A DNA stretch of 63,244 nucleotides, counting the filler, from Octopus bimaculoides (taxonomy: Eukaryota), in NCBI RefSeq assembly GCF_001194135.2. It is 4 parts of 4 records of this genome, joined end to end, with 100 filler letters (N's around TTAATTAATTAA, not from the genome) between each part and the next. Parts side by side here need not be neighbours in the genome. Positions count along the whole stretch, not along the records: positions 30,133 to 57,044 come from NC_068983.1; positions 57,145 to 63,244 come from NC_068982.1; 2 more parts are not named here. The stretch is one strand, 5' to 3'. Below, piece after piece: positions 53,986 through 63,244 of the stretch (positions are counted from its first letter, which is position 1; the number at the start of each line of letters is the position of its first letter). The position numbers and the translations under genes were made by a program. Below the pieces are notes generated by a model. It searched no databases, was not told the DNA's origin, and saw only the letters and a program-made list of their open reading frames with translations.

Positions 53986-54339
53986 ATCCATGCATAAATA
54001 TTATATTACTATACACAAACTCAACTCTGTTTCTATTAAGCCACTAATTTTACCAGAGTTACCAGATAATGGCGAAGTATTGTAGAACCTAAGCTATGGT
54101 GTTAAATATATTTCACTGTACAATAAGTCACCTTTCTGACTGTTTGCAGTTAAATAATGATTTCTTTCATTGGCTACAAGGGTCTAAGGATCTTAGGGAC
54201 ATGACAAAGGCTAAATACATACAGAAACAACAGTGGTGCTGGTGATGACGGTGGGGGATTCTACATTGAGCAAAACACGGGAGAACAGCAATAAGAATAA
54301 AAACATTAATAAATCAATATCAATAAAAAGCAATGACTC

Positions 54340-54580
54340 ATGGTATTTGTTCTGGCTGTTTACATTCTGAGTTCAAATCCAGTTGAAGGCAGCTTTGCCA
54401 TTCGTCCTTTTGGGGATAATTAAAAAAGAGAAAAAATTGAAAGTGCCAATTTAGGCTGGCAGATTGGTAGAGCAAATAACACAAGGACCTTGTAATATTT
54501 GTTCTTGCCCTTTGCATTTTGAGTTCAAATCCAGCTGAAGGCAACTTTGTCTTTCGTCCTTTTAAGGGATGATAAAAAAG
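54340..54580 (+). mobile_element. Two tandem partial family B SINEs
   Basis: Two tgagttcaaatccag..gaaggca.ctttg blocks. Confidence 0.75.
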
Positions 54581-54841
54581 CATCCTGATTTTCAAATAGA
54601 ATTGATCTTGTGCTCACAGCCTGCGGACAGCTTGAGGACACAAGGCATATCATAAAAACCTTCCTAGACATGTGTCTCCAAAATGAAGAAGGAACTACTA
54701 GTAGATCATATGTTTATAGTGTATACATGAAATGATTCACACACATACGCACATATATAACAGATATATAAATACATATATCTCTCTTATTTTCTCTCTC
54801 TATCTATCTGTGGAGGAATGGATCAATAAGTAGACCTATAC

Positions 54842-54881
<40 letters not shown>

Positions 54882-55489
54882 AGGTCTGAAGATGAACTAG
54901 TGTCCAGCTTTTTGTTGAGAATGTATAAATCTTATTTGACAAAAGTTCTTCAGATAATTGGACAGCGACATAAAGTTAACAAAGAAAACCATTTAGTTTT
55001 TGAATGCTGAAAGTTTATTTCATCCCAGAGTCCCTCTTTTACAAGTGGTTGAAACAAGAGCTACAGTGTGAGCACTTCTACAACAGCTTAGGCAAACAAG
55101 AAAACTTCCAAGCCTCACACATATCCACACACACACAATTTGAACATGGTATTTCTAGCTAACGATGCATTTGTCAATTACGCTGCGTGCTTGTTTGCCA
55201 CAATGCACTTTATACATAATGCTTATTCACAGCTAAGTGAACAGAGCATTGTATGCAGCGAGGCACCAATGACAAGTCATGAACCATTAACTTTTGCGGC
55301 TTACAGCTCAACACACTGTTGACTTGACCAGCTGTGAATCTTAGAGTTATAGCATGAGTAGATATAGTAAGTTCAGTCATACAGACAAATCACTAAAGAA
55401 TGCCAGAACAGGTGTTCCTGATAATTTGTCATGGTCGAAAACAAATACAAAACTATGAATGCATTTCTTCACAATAAATATTCTTTTCT

Positions 55490-55695
55490 ACTCTAGGCAC
55501 AAAGCCCGAAATTTTGGGGGAGGGTGCCAGTCGATTAGATCAACCCCAGTATGCAACTGGTACTTTAATTTATTGACCCCGAAAGGATGAAAGGCAAAGT
55601 CGACTTTGGTGGAATTTGAACTCAGATCATAAGGACAGACAAAATACTGCTAAGCATTTCGCCTGGCGTGCTAACGTTTCTGCCAGCTCGCCACC
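55490..55695 (-). mobile_element. Family B SINE, near full length
   Basis: Homology to 11848-12057. A further head lies at 56655-56750 (+). Confidence 0.88.
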
Positions 55696-56007
55696 ATCTT
55701 CACAATAAATATTCATTTTCATTTGTTTCTGTCAACCACATTTTCAATAGCCTACCTGTAAATTGCCATCTCAGTTCATTAATGAAATGATTTATTTTCA
55801 ACACTGACTTTATATTCATTATCAATAACTGACAAAGAAATTGATTAACATTTTAATTTAGATTAAAGACAAAAACAACAACAATACATTCACATTTTCA
55901 GTAGAGATATCTTTCAAATCTACAAGGTTATTGAATTTATTAACTATTGTCATTATTCTTTATATTCAGAGTTCAAATCCTTCTAAGGTCATTCAGGCTT
56001 GGCTGTT

Positions 56008-56152
56008 TAATAAGAAGTTTGCTTCTTAACCACATGGTTCCGGGTTCAGTCCCTCTGTGTGGCATCTCGTGCAAGTGTCTTTTACTATAGCCTTGGGCTA
56101 GCCAAAGCCTTGTGAGTGGATTTTGTTGAAGGAAGCCAGTCATATAATATAT

Positions 56153-56188
<36 letters not shown>

Positions 56189-56385
56189 CTGTGTTTTACT
56201 CTGCTCCACCGCTTGACAGTGTTGATGTGTTGACATCTCCCTAACTTAGTGGTTCAGCAAAAGACACCAATAGAATAAAAACCAGGCTTAAAAAAAGCAA
56301 GAATTGGGTCAATTCATTGAACTAAAATTATTCAAGGTGGTGCTCCAGCATGGCTGCAGTCTAATGACTGAAACGAGTAAAAGGT
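56008..56385 (+). mobile_element. Family A SINE, diverged full length
   Basis: Head, (GT)n and tail present. Confidence 0.82.
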
Positions 56386-56494
56386 GATAGTAGTAGTAGC
56401 AACAGCAGTAACAGTAGTGGTAGTAGTAATATTCAAAAGTTATTGCTTGCTAATTTAATTAACATAGATGTTATTCTGAGGTTTGATGACATCA

Positions 56495-56612
56495 AGTCTC
56501 TTCACATCTCAAGAATTTTCCTTAGCAGTCTTGCAGTATACGGGATGGAACTTCACTGCAGGTCAGCATTACATGTCTCAATTCCAATGTCCTCCAGCCT
56601 CTTAGGTAGAAG

Positions 56613-56615
<3 letters not shown>
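56495..56615 (-). mobile_element. R4-type LINE C-terminal relic (different subfamily)
   Basis: LPKRLEDIGIE...LQ*SS..TARLLRKILEM*. Confidence 0.6.
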
Positions 56616-56653
<38 letters not shown>

Positions 56654-57005
56654 AGTGGCGAGCTGGCTGAATTGTTAGCACGCTGGACGAAATGCTTAGC
56701 AGTATTTTGCCTGTTGCTACGTTCTGAGTTCAAATTCTGCCAAGGTTATTATTATTAGCCTTCTTGAGGAGCTGTTAGTTTAAAGGGGTCAAAAGTGCAT
56801 GAGGTCTCTTTGGTCACCTTACAGTGGAACTCCCTACCACCACCACCACCACCATTGGGGAAGCATGTTGTTTATTTAATCGTTGTGTTTGTTGGCTGTT
56901 AACACGTTTAACCTCACTGTCCAACATCTGTGTATCACCCTTTATGTTTTGTGTTCGGCCCTGGTGGCCAATAAAGAAAGAATAATAATAATAATAATTA
57001 TTATT

Positions 57006-57044
57006 AACTAGCAGAGATACCCGGCGTTGCCCGTGTTACATGCA
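57006..57044 (+). mobile_element. Terminal fragment of a Helitron/Helentron-type element, cut by a gap
   Basis: aactagcagagatacccggcgttgcccg motif. Confidence 0.5.
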
Positions 57045-57088
57045 NNNNNNNNNNNNNNNNNNNNNNNNNNNNNNNNNNNNNNNNNNNN

Positions 57089-57100
57089 TTAATTAATTAA
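57089..57100. other. Artificial TTAATTAATTAA linker (assembly join 3)
   Basis: Same 12-mer flanked by Ns as at 15121. Confidence 0.9.
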
Positions 57101-57144
57101 NNNNNNNNNNNNNNNNNNNNNNNNNNNNNNNNNNNNNNNNNNNN

Positions 57145-57385
57145 TGATAATCCCAATATCAGATTTAGCCGGGCAAATAAGCCTCAAAGATGGTTGAGTC
57201 CAAAACTTAATTTTATGGTCTTTAAGAAGAAACCGCGGTTCCTTCGGTACTATAGGTTCAGTTCTGTCCGCAATATTATATTTCTCCATTAGTTTCTTAA
57301 CATCCAAATTGGTCTTTCTGAGCGTCCATCCATTTGTAATTTTATAATTCTTTTCAATCTCCTTCCTAAGTAAATTCAATTTCCG
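57145..57385 (-). mobile_element. Penelope-like element RT N-terminal fragment
   Basis: FLLKDHKIKFWTQPSLRLICPAKSDIGII, matching the PLE LKDHK..P..RLINP.KS.IG motif. Confidence 0.82.
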
Positions 57386-57735
57386 TCTACCAAATCCACT
57401 CACAAGGCATTGGTCGGCCCGAGGCTATAGCAGAAGACACTTGCCCAAGGTGCCATACAGTGTAACTGAACCCGGAACCATGTGGTTGGTAAGCAAACTA
57501 TGTGTGTCTTTGTGTCTGTGTTTGTGCCCCCACTACTCCGCTTGATAACTGGTTATGGTTCGCTTACGTCCCCGTAACGCAGCAGTTCGGTAAAACAAAC
57601 CGATAAATTAAGTCCCAGGCTTTAAAAAGAAAGAAGTCCTGGGGGTCGATTCATTCGACTATGAATTCTTTAAGGCGGTGCCCCAGCATGGCCGCAGTCT
57701 AATGATTGAAACAAGTAAAAGAGAAAAGAAAAAAG
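57385..57735. mobile_element. Family A SINE head (minus, 57385-57490) joined to a family A tail (plus, 57490-57735)
   Basis: Orientation switches at the internal microsatellite position. Confidence 0.8.
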
Positions 57736-58194
57736 ATAAAATATGGCTTATTTTAGAAAATTTGAAAGCTTAACATCCTTGACGATTCGTGAACTGAAAG
57801 ATTGTCAGCGAATGACAACTGAATGCTAGAAAATGAGATCCTGAACCACAAAGTTTTATGCCGTAAAGCGTATGAAACACAATAAATTGCAGAGACCATG
57901 TATCTAAAGTCTAGACAAACAAGCAGCAGTCTTCGGTCGCCGCTAAGAAAATATACCTATTTGTCTGAAAGCTTAGACAATCACAGAGAGATAAACATTA
58001 CAATAATATCAGTTAATCACACCCCATGCAAGGTTTCAGAATAAAAGTTTCAGATATACGCTTTTCGCAATAAAGAAATATTAAATTTAACAACGGGAGT
58101 AAGATCAAGAAAAGATTAACCTCCTAAGAAGTATGATGTTTTGTTCGTACTATTTTGATTGCTTTTTTTATTGTTTTCTTCTTTAATTCTATTT

Positions 58195-58333
58195 ATGTGG
58201 GCTGTGTGGTTAAGAAGTTCACTTGACAACCACGTTGTCTTCGGATCATTTCCGCTGCGGGGCATCTTGAGCAAGTGTCTACTGGCCTACCAATGCTTTG
58301 TGAGTGAATTTAATTGACGGAAACATTGTGGAA

Positions 58334-58335
<2 letters not shown>
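58195..58335 (+). mobile_element. Family A SINE head half, diverged
   Basis: gtgggctgtgtggttaagaag...ttgacggaaac. Confidence 0.7.
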
Positions 58336-58366
<31 letters not shown>

Positions 58367-59074
58367 NNNNNNNNNNNNNNNNNNNNNNNNNNNNNNNNNN
58401 NNNNNNNNNNNNNNNNNNNNNNNNNNNNNNNNNNNNNNNNNNNNNNNNNNNNNNNNNNNNNNNNNNNNNNNNNNNNNNNNNNNNNNNNNNNNNNNNNNNN
58501 NNNNNNNNNNNNNNNNNNNNNNNNNNNNNNNNNNNNNNNNNNNNNNNNNNNNNNNNNNNNNNNNNNNNNNNNNNNNNNNNNNNNNNNNNNNNNNNNNNNN
58601 NNNNNNNNNNNNNNNNNNNNNNNNNNNNNNNNNNNNNNNNNNNNNNNNNNNNNNNNNNNNNNNNNNNNNNNNNNNNNNNNNNNNNNNNNNNNNNNNNNNN
58701 NNNNNNNNNNNNNNNNNNNNNNNNNNNNNNNNNNNNNNNNNNNNNNNNNNNNNNNNNNNNNNNNNNNNNNNNNNNNNNNNNNNNNNNNNNNNNNNNNNNN
58801 NNNNNNNNNNNNNNNNNNNNNNNNNNNNNNNNNNNNNNNNNNNNNNNNNNNNNNNNNNNNNNNNNNNNNNNNNNNNNNNNNNNNNNNNNNNNNNNNNNNN
58901 NNNNNNNNNNNNNNNNNNNNNNNNNNNNNNNNNNNNNNNNNNNNNNNNNNNNNNNNNNNNNNNNNNNNNNNNNNNNNNNNNNNNNNNNNNNNNNNNNNNN
59001 NNNNNNNNNNNNNNNNNNNNNNNNNNNNNNNNNNNNNNNNNNNNNNNNNNNNNNNNNNNNNNNNNNNNNNNNGT

Positions 59075-59530
59075 AGTTAACACAGACAAATTCACATTTG
59101 GAACTTGAGAAAAGTCTTGCATATTTTTACTGTTCCACTCACAGATTGCACTTGTAATGTACGAATTAGCCGGTCAGTTTCTCTCCCTGAAAATTCCAGT
59201 TTATCCAGATTTTCCTTTAAGCATTTACTAACAAAACCTAGTGCTCCAATTATTATTGGTATGGATATAAATTCATAGTCTGGATATAGAAGCTGGAGAT
59301 TTCGAAGCAGTTGTCCATAGATATCCTCTTTTTCTTTGATTTTCAAAGCGATATTTATATCTGTAGGGCAGCTGACCTCTATGACTATACGTACCTTTGT
59401 CCCTTCGTCCCAAGCAACAATATATGGCCTGCTATGTTTACATTTGACAGAAGCTTTCATGGGAATATTCCACTAGTATTCCATATGGATGCATATATGA
59501 GAAATTACAAAAAACACAAATTAATATAAT
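59075..59530 (-). mobile_element. R4/Dong-clade LINE 3' coding end
   Basis: Open ORF 59092-59460: RPYIVAWD..IEVSCPTDINIALKIKEKEDIY..IIIGALG..KICKTFLKF. Confidence 0.88.
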
Positions 59531-59651
59531 TTTGTTCCTACGTACGTTTCACCATTGTGGTTGTTTGGAACTCTGCATTTGATATTCGAAGTGTAATTAA
59601 GTGCTTAACCACAACGGATCATGGGGATTACTTTCTTGCATCATGTTACAG

Positions 59652-59723
59652 AAAGCTAACATTAATTGAACTCGAACCATCTTATACAGAGTTCAAAACA
59701 CTCACAGTGGTGAAACGCGCCGC
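59652..59723 (+). CDS. Candidate upstream exon (KLTLIELEPSYTEFKTLTVVKRA)
   Basis: Acceptor ttactttcttgcatcatgttacag and GTAGGC donor. The phase-2 end is compatible with the 60199 exon. No homology recognised. Confidence 0.25.
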
Positions 59724-59929
59724 GTAGGCACAAATGAAATAGTCTCGCGTTTATCATAATTTCTTCTCCATTTGGTCTGTAATTCATGGCTAGTATTACT
59801 ACTAGGTACAGTAGCTGTTTAACCACTATAATGGAAGCAGACTGGGTTATGATAACCTACGTGGAATTCTAAACTGAACAGTAGCAGTAGTACATCTGTT
59901 TGTATACACATGACACACTTTGTGTATGT

Positions 59930-60146
59930 GTGTGTGTATATCGTTGTATTTGTGCTTGTTACCCTACCACTTTACAACCGGTGTTGGGTTTTTTACGTTC
60001 CTGTAACTTAGCGGTTCGGCAAAAAAAAACGATGTCAGACTTTAAAAAAAACAAGTACTGCGGTCGATTCGTTCGGTTAAATCCTTCAGGGCGGTACCCC
60101 AGCATGCCCAGGGTCCGTCCATTTACTAAAACATGTAAAAGGTAAA
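59930..60146 (+). mobile_element. Family A SINE tail half
   Basis: Homology to the family A tail. Confidence 0.8.
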
Positions 60147-60198
60147 AGTTATGTTTTCAATTAAAAATTTTCATTAAATAATTTATTTTGTTGCATAG

Positions 60199-60322
60199 CA
60201 AAACAAAAACTAATCAGATCAAAGAACTTGTTTTACCAAAACAAAATGACATTTCTTCATTAACGAAATCCAGGGATAGAACGGGAAAAGCTAGGCTCGA
60301 GGATTTAGCGTTAGAGACAGAG
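60199..60322 (+). CDS. Putative coding exon, repeat copy 1 (KTKTNQIKELVLPKQNDISSLTKSRDRTGKARLEDLALETE), unidentified gene
   Basis: Acceptor ataatttattttgttgcatag ends at 60198. The frame is open to the gap at 60325. It is homologous to 60960-61058, with 12 of 17 differences at third codon positions. No donor is visible before the gap. Confidence 0.5.
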
Positions 60323-60734
60323 TCNNNNNNNNNNNNNNNNNNNNNNNNNNNNNNNNNNNNNNNNNNNNNNNNNNNNNNNNNNNNNNNNNNNNNNNNNNNN
60401 NNNNNNNNNNNNNNNNNNNNNNNNNNNNNNNNNNNNNNNNNNNNNNNNNNNNNNNNNNNNNNNNNNNNNNNNNNNNNNNNNNNNNNNNNNNNNNNNNNNN
60501 NNNNNNNNNNNNNNNNNNNNNNNNNNNNNNNNNNNNNNNNNNNNNNNNNNNNNNNNNNNNNNNNNNNNNNNNNNNNNNNNNNNNNNNNNNNNNNNNNNNN
60601 NNNNNNNNNNNNNNNNNNNNNNNNNNNNNNNNNNNNNNNNNNNNNNNNNNNNNNNNNNNNNNNNNNNNNNNNNNNNNNNNNNNNNNNNNNNNNNNNNNNN
60701 NNNNNNNNNNNNNNNNNNNNNNNNNNNNNNNNNN

Positions 60735-60955
60735 GTGTGTGTTCCTTTGCGTCTGTGTTTGTCCTCTGCCACCGCTTTACAATCGGCGTTGGTTTGTTTA
60801 CGTTCCATCACTTAGCGGCTCGGCATAAGAGAGCGATAGAATAGAATCAGGCTTTAAAAAAGTTTTGCGATCGATTCGTTCGACTTAAATTCTTCAAGGC
60901 GGTGCTCCAGCATGGCCGCGGTCTAATGACTGAAACAAGTAAAAGCTAAAAGATA
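60735..60955 (+). mobile_element. Family A SINE tail half abutting exon copy 2
   Basis: Homology to the family A tail; the head is probably in the preceding gap. Confidence 0.88.
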
Positions 60956-60959
60956 AATG

Positions 60960-61058
60960 GTACTTGATTCACCAAAACAAAATGACAGCTCTTCGTTTAC
61001 AAAGACCAGAGACAGAACGAGAAAAGCTAGGCTCGAAAACTTAGCATTCGAAGCAGAG
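60960..61058 (+). CDS. Putative coding exon, repeat copy 2 (VLDSPKQNDSSSFTKTRDRTRKARLENLAFEAE); 5' end interrupted by a SINE
   Basis: Codon-biased similarity to copy 1. A phase-0 GTAATT donor lies at 61059, exactly where homology ends. No acceptor is visible because a family A SINE tail abuts it. Confidence 0.5.
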
Positions 61059-61204
61059 GTAATTGTTTACTCTTGTGATATCGTCTTACACCATCGCACT
61101 CGATTGTCTAGGCGGACTTAGGCTTACATTTGGGCTGTATCAATAAAATAAGAATCAATTATATCTTGCCGAAACGAAATTGCTTTACTGCTCTTTCTCA
61201 CTAG

Positions 61205-61249
61205 ATGTCAGAACATAAAAATTCATCAGGCAGCTATAAAACTATATAA
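61205..61249 (+). CDS. Putative terminal coding exon (MSEHKNSSGSYKTI*)
   Basis: Strong acceptor ttgctttactgctctttctcactag ends at 61204. It is phase-compatible with the 61059 donor (146-nt intron). Stop TAA at 61247-61249. Confidence 0.4.
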   Translation: MSEHKNSSGSYKTI

Positions 61250-61491
61250 CAACCGATTTAGTGGCAAGAGAGAAAAGAGAAAGAAAAGAAAAGAAAAAAA
61301 TATTAATTATATAATATGTGTAAGCGCCCACAACTTCCGCAGTCTACAGACTATCTTCAATTCTGCTAAAATACATTTATAACAATGTCAAGTGGAGTGA
61401 ATGAGTGAACGGTTCTATTGCATGTATCCTTATGATAAAATGACCGTCAAATAATGAGATGTGCTTCGTTTAATTCGTCATCAACAAATTT

Positions 61492-61529
<38 letters not shown>

Positions 61530-61927
61530 NNNNNNNNNNNNNNNNNNNNNNNNNNNNNNNNNNNNNNNNNNNNNNNNNNNNNNNNNNNNNNNNNNNNNNN
61601 NNNNNNNNNNNNNNNNNNNNNNNNNNNNNNNNNNNNNNNNNNNNNNNNNNNNNNNNNNNNNNNNNNNNNNNNNNNNNNNNNNNNNNNNNNNNNNNNNNNN
61701 NNNNNNNNNNNNNNNNNNNNNNNNNNNNNNNNNNNNNNNNNNNNNNNNNNNNNNNNNNNNNNNNNNNNNNNNNNNNNNNNNNNNNNNNNNNNNNNNNNNN
61801 NNNNNNNNNNNNNNNNNNNNNNNNNNNNNNNNNNNNNNNNNNNNNNNNNNNNNNNNNNNNNNNNNNNNNNNNNNNNNNNNNNNNNNNNNNNNNNNNNNNN
61901 NNNNNNNNNNNNNNNNNNNNNGATAGG

Positions 61928-61992
<65 letters not shown>

Positions 61993-62153
61993 GAATGTAC
62001 GTGTGTGTAGAACTTGGGTCTTCCCCTGTAATGAGGAGCGATGGATTTTTAAATTAAGGACGCAGCATATGTAAGACGATTTATTCATCTCTTCTTCACT
62101 TCATTATCTGCAAGGCAATCTATCCCGGTCTCTCGCTCACTTTCTTTTTTTCT

Positions 62154-62199
<46 letters not shown>

Positions 62200-62914
62200 C
62201 TCTCTCTCTCTCTCTCTCTCTGTGTCTCTCTCTCTCTCTGTGTCTTTCTCTCTCTCTCTCTCTCTTTCACTCCTTCTCTGTTGTCTCTTCCCATCTCTCT
62301 CTTACATAATAATGAAGTTTTTTTGTTGATTCACGCATTAAAACTGTTGCTCTATCAACTAAGCAAACATCCGTTACATACAACTAAACTCAATTGCACA
62401 GACAAAACAAAACGAAAAAAAAAAGAAAAGAAAAAGCATAATGAAAGAAAAGAAACAAAGCAACCATAAAAGACATCAGAAACAATGAAAACTATGCCAG
62501 CACTCTGTGTTAATAATGTTAATTTCGAAAATGCTATTTTATTTAATTTTCCTTGGGATTGAGGAAAATAATTAAAGTGCAACGATTCAACAAGACTAAA
62601 GCGAGTTTTCTTTCGAAAAAATATTGGCATGTGTGTGTAAACATTACACACATATGCACACACGCAAATTTAAGGTCAATCTCTCCTTGTCATTCTTGCA
62701 GAAATATACACATACAAGCGTTTATACAAATTAATTATTATTTTATTGCGGCGTATTGAAGCACAGAATAATTGATACTTATTGTATATAATACAATGCA
62801 CTCAAGCGTGCACACACTTAGGTGCATAACACACACAGGCGCATAACACACACACAATGTACAGTCCCATGTAAGATCCCTAATACATGCAGGATATGCG
62901 AATTCTGCAACATA

Positions 62915-63110
62915 GAAGTTATAATCTATATATGTCACCTCTATAGAACCTAAACAAGCAGAATCGCAAACATTATATAGGCATGAGAGAGGAAAACTTT
63001 AAACAAAGATTTGACAATCACACATCCTCCTTTAAACTAAACGAAAACGAGAACACTATAAGCGCGAAATTGTGTTTGACCTTCTGGCCGATATCTGATG
63101 AAGCCTTGAT
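62915..63110 (+). mobile_element. Penelope-like GIY-YIG endonuclease relic
   Basis: VIIY...HYIGMREENFKQRFDNHTSSFK, followed by a ctgatgaagcc motif at 63095. Confidence 0.65.
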
Positions 63111-63244
63111 GATCTACTGTGTCTGTTTACCGTTTCTTTGTGGTTTTATAGTGTTTTAAACTTATATATATATATATGCACCAGCATGACCGCAGCCACT
63201 TGGCTGAAACACATAAATAAAATATATATATATATATATATATA

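Overview
Repeat-dominated, gap-rich eukaryotic intronic/intergenic DNA. It is very probably octopus: this is inferred from the tRNA-derived SINE repertoire, extreme AT/AC/ATAG microsatellite load and RTE/R4/Penelope relics. The window is stitched from four pieces joined by N-gaps that carry an artificial TTAATTAATTAA linker (15121, 30077, 57089). The best host-gene evidence is an 83-nt plus-strand exon (18324-18406) encoding a W-x-G-x-x-CC-x7-C-x3-C module that matches the second CC domain of RECK. It sits between two inverted copies of the same SINE head. Near the right end there is a duplicated exon-like sequence with strong third-codon-position bias, followed by a probable terminal exon (60199-61249) of an unidentified gene. 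The rest is mobile DNA: a full-length decayed mariner with two nested insertions (683-2693), a near-complete DD37D/maT element (46324-47578), Tc1, Tigger, hAT, piggyBac-like and Helitron-type relics, L1/Tx1, CR1-group, RTE, R4/Dong and Penelope-like fragments (two with hammerhead-ribozyme-like cores), and more than 40 SINE copies that I label families A-E. No intact tRNA, rRNA or CRISPR array was found. Most long ORFs in the supplied track are N-gap or microsatellite artefacts. Most SINE and relic boundaries are approximate.
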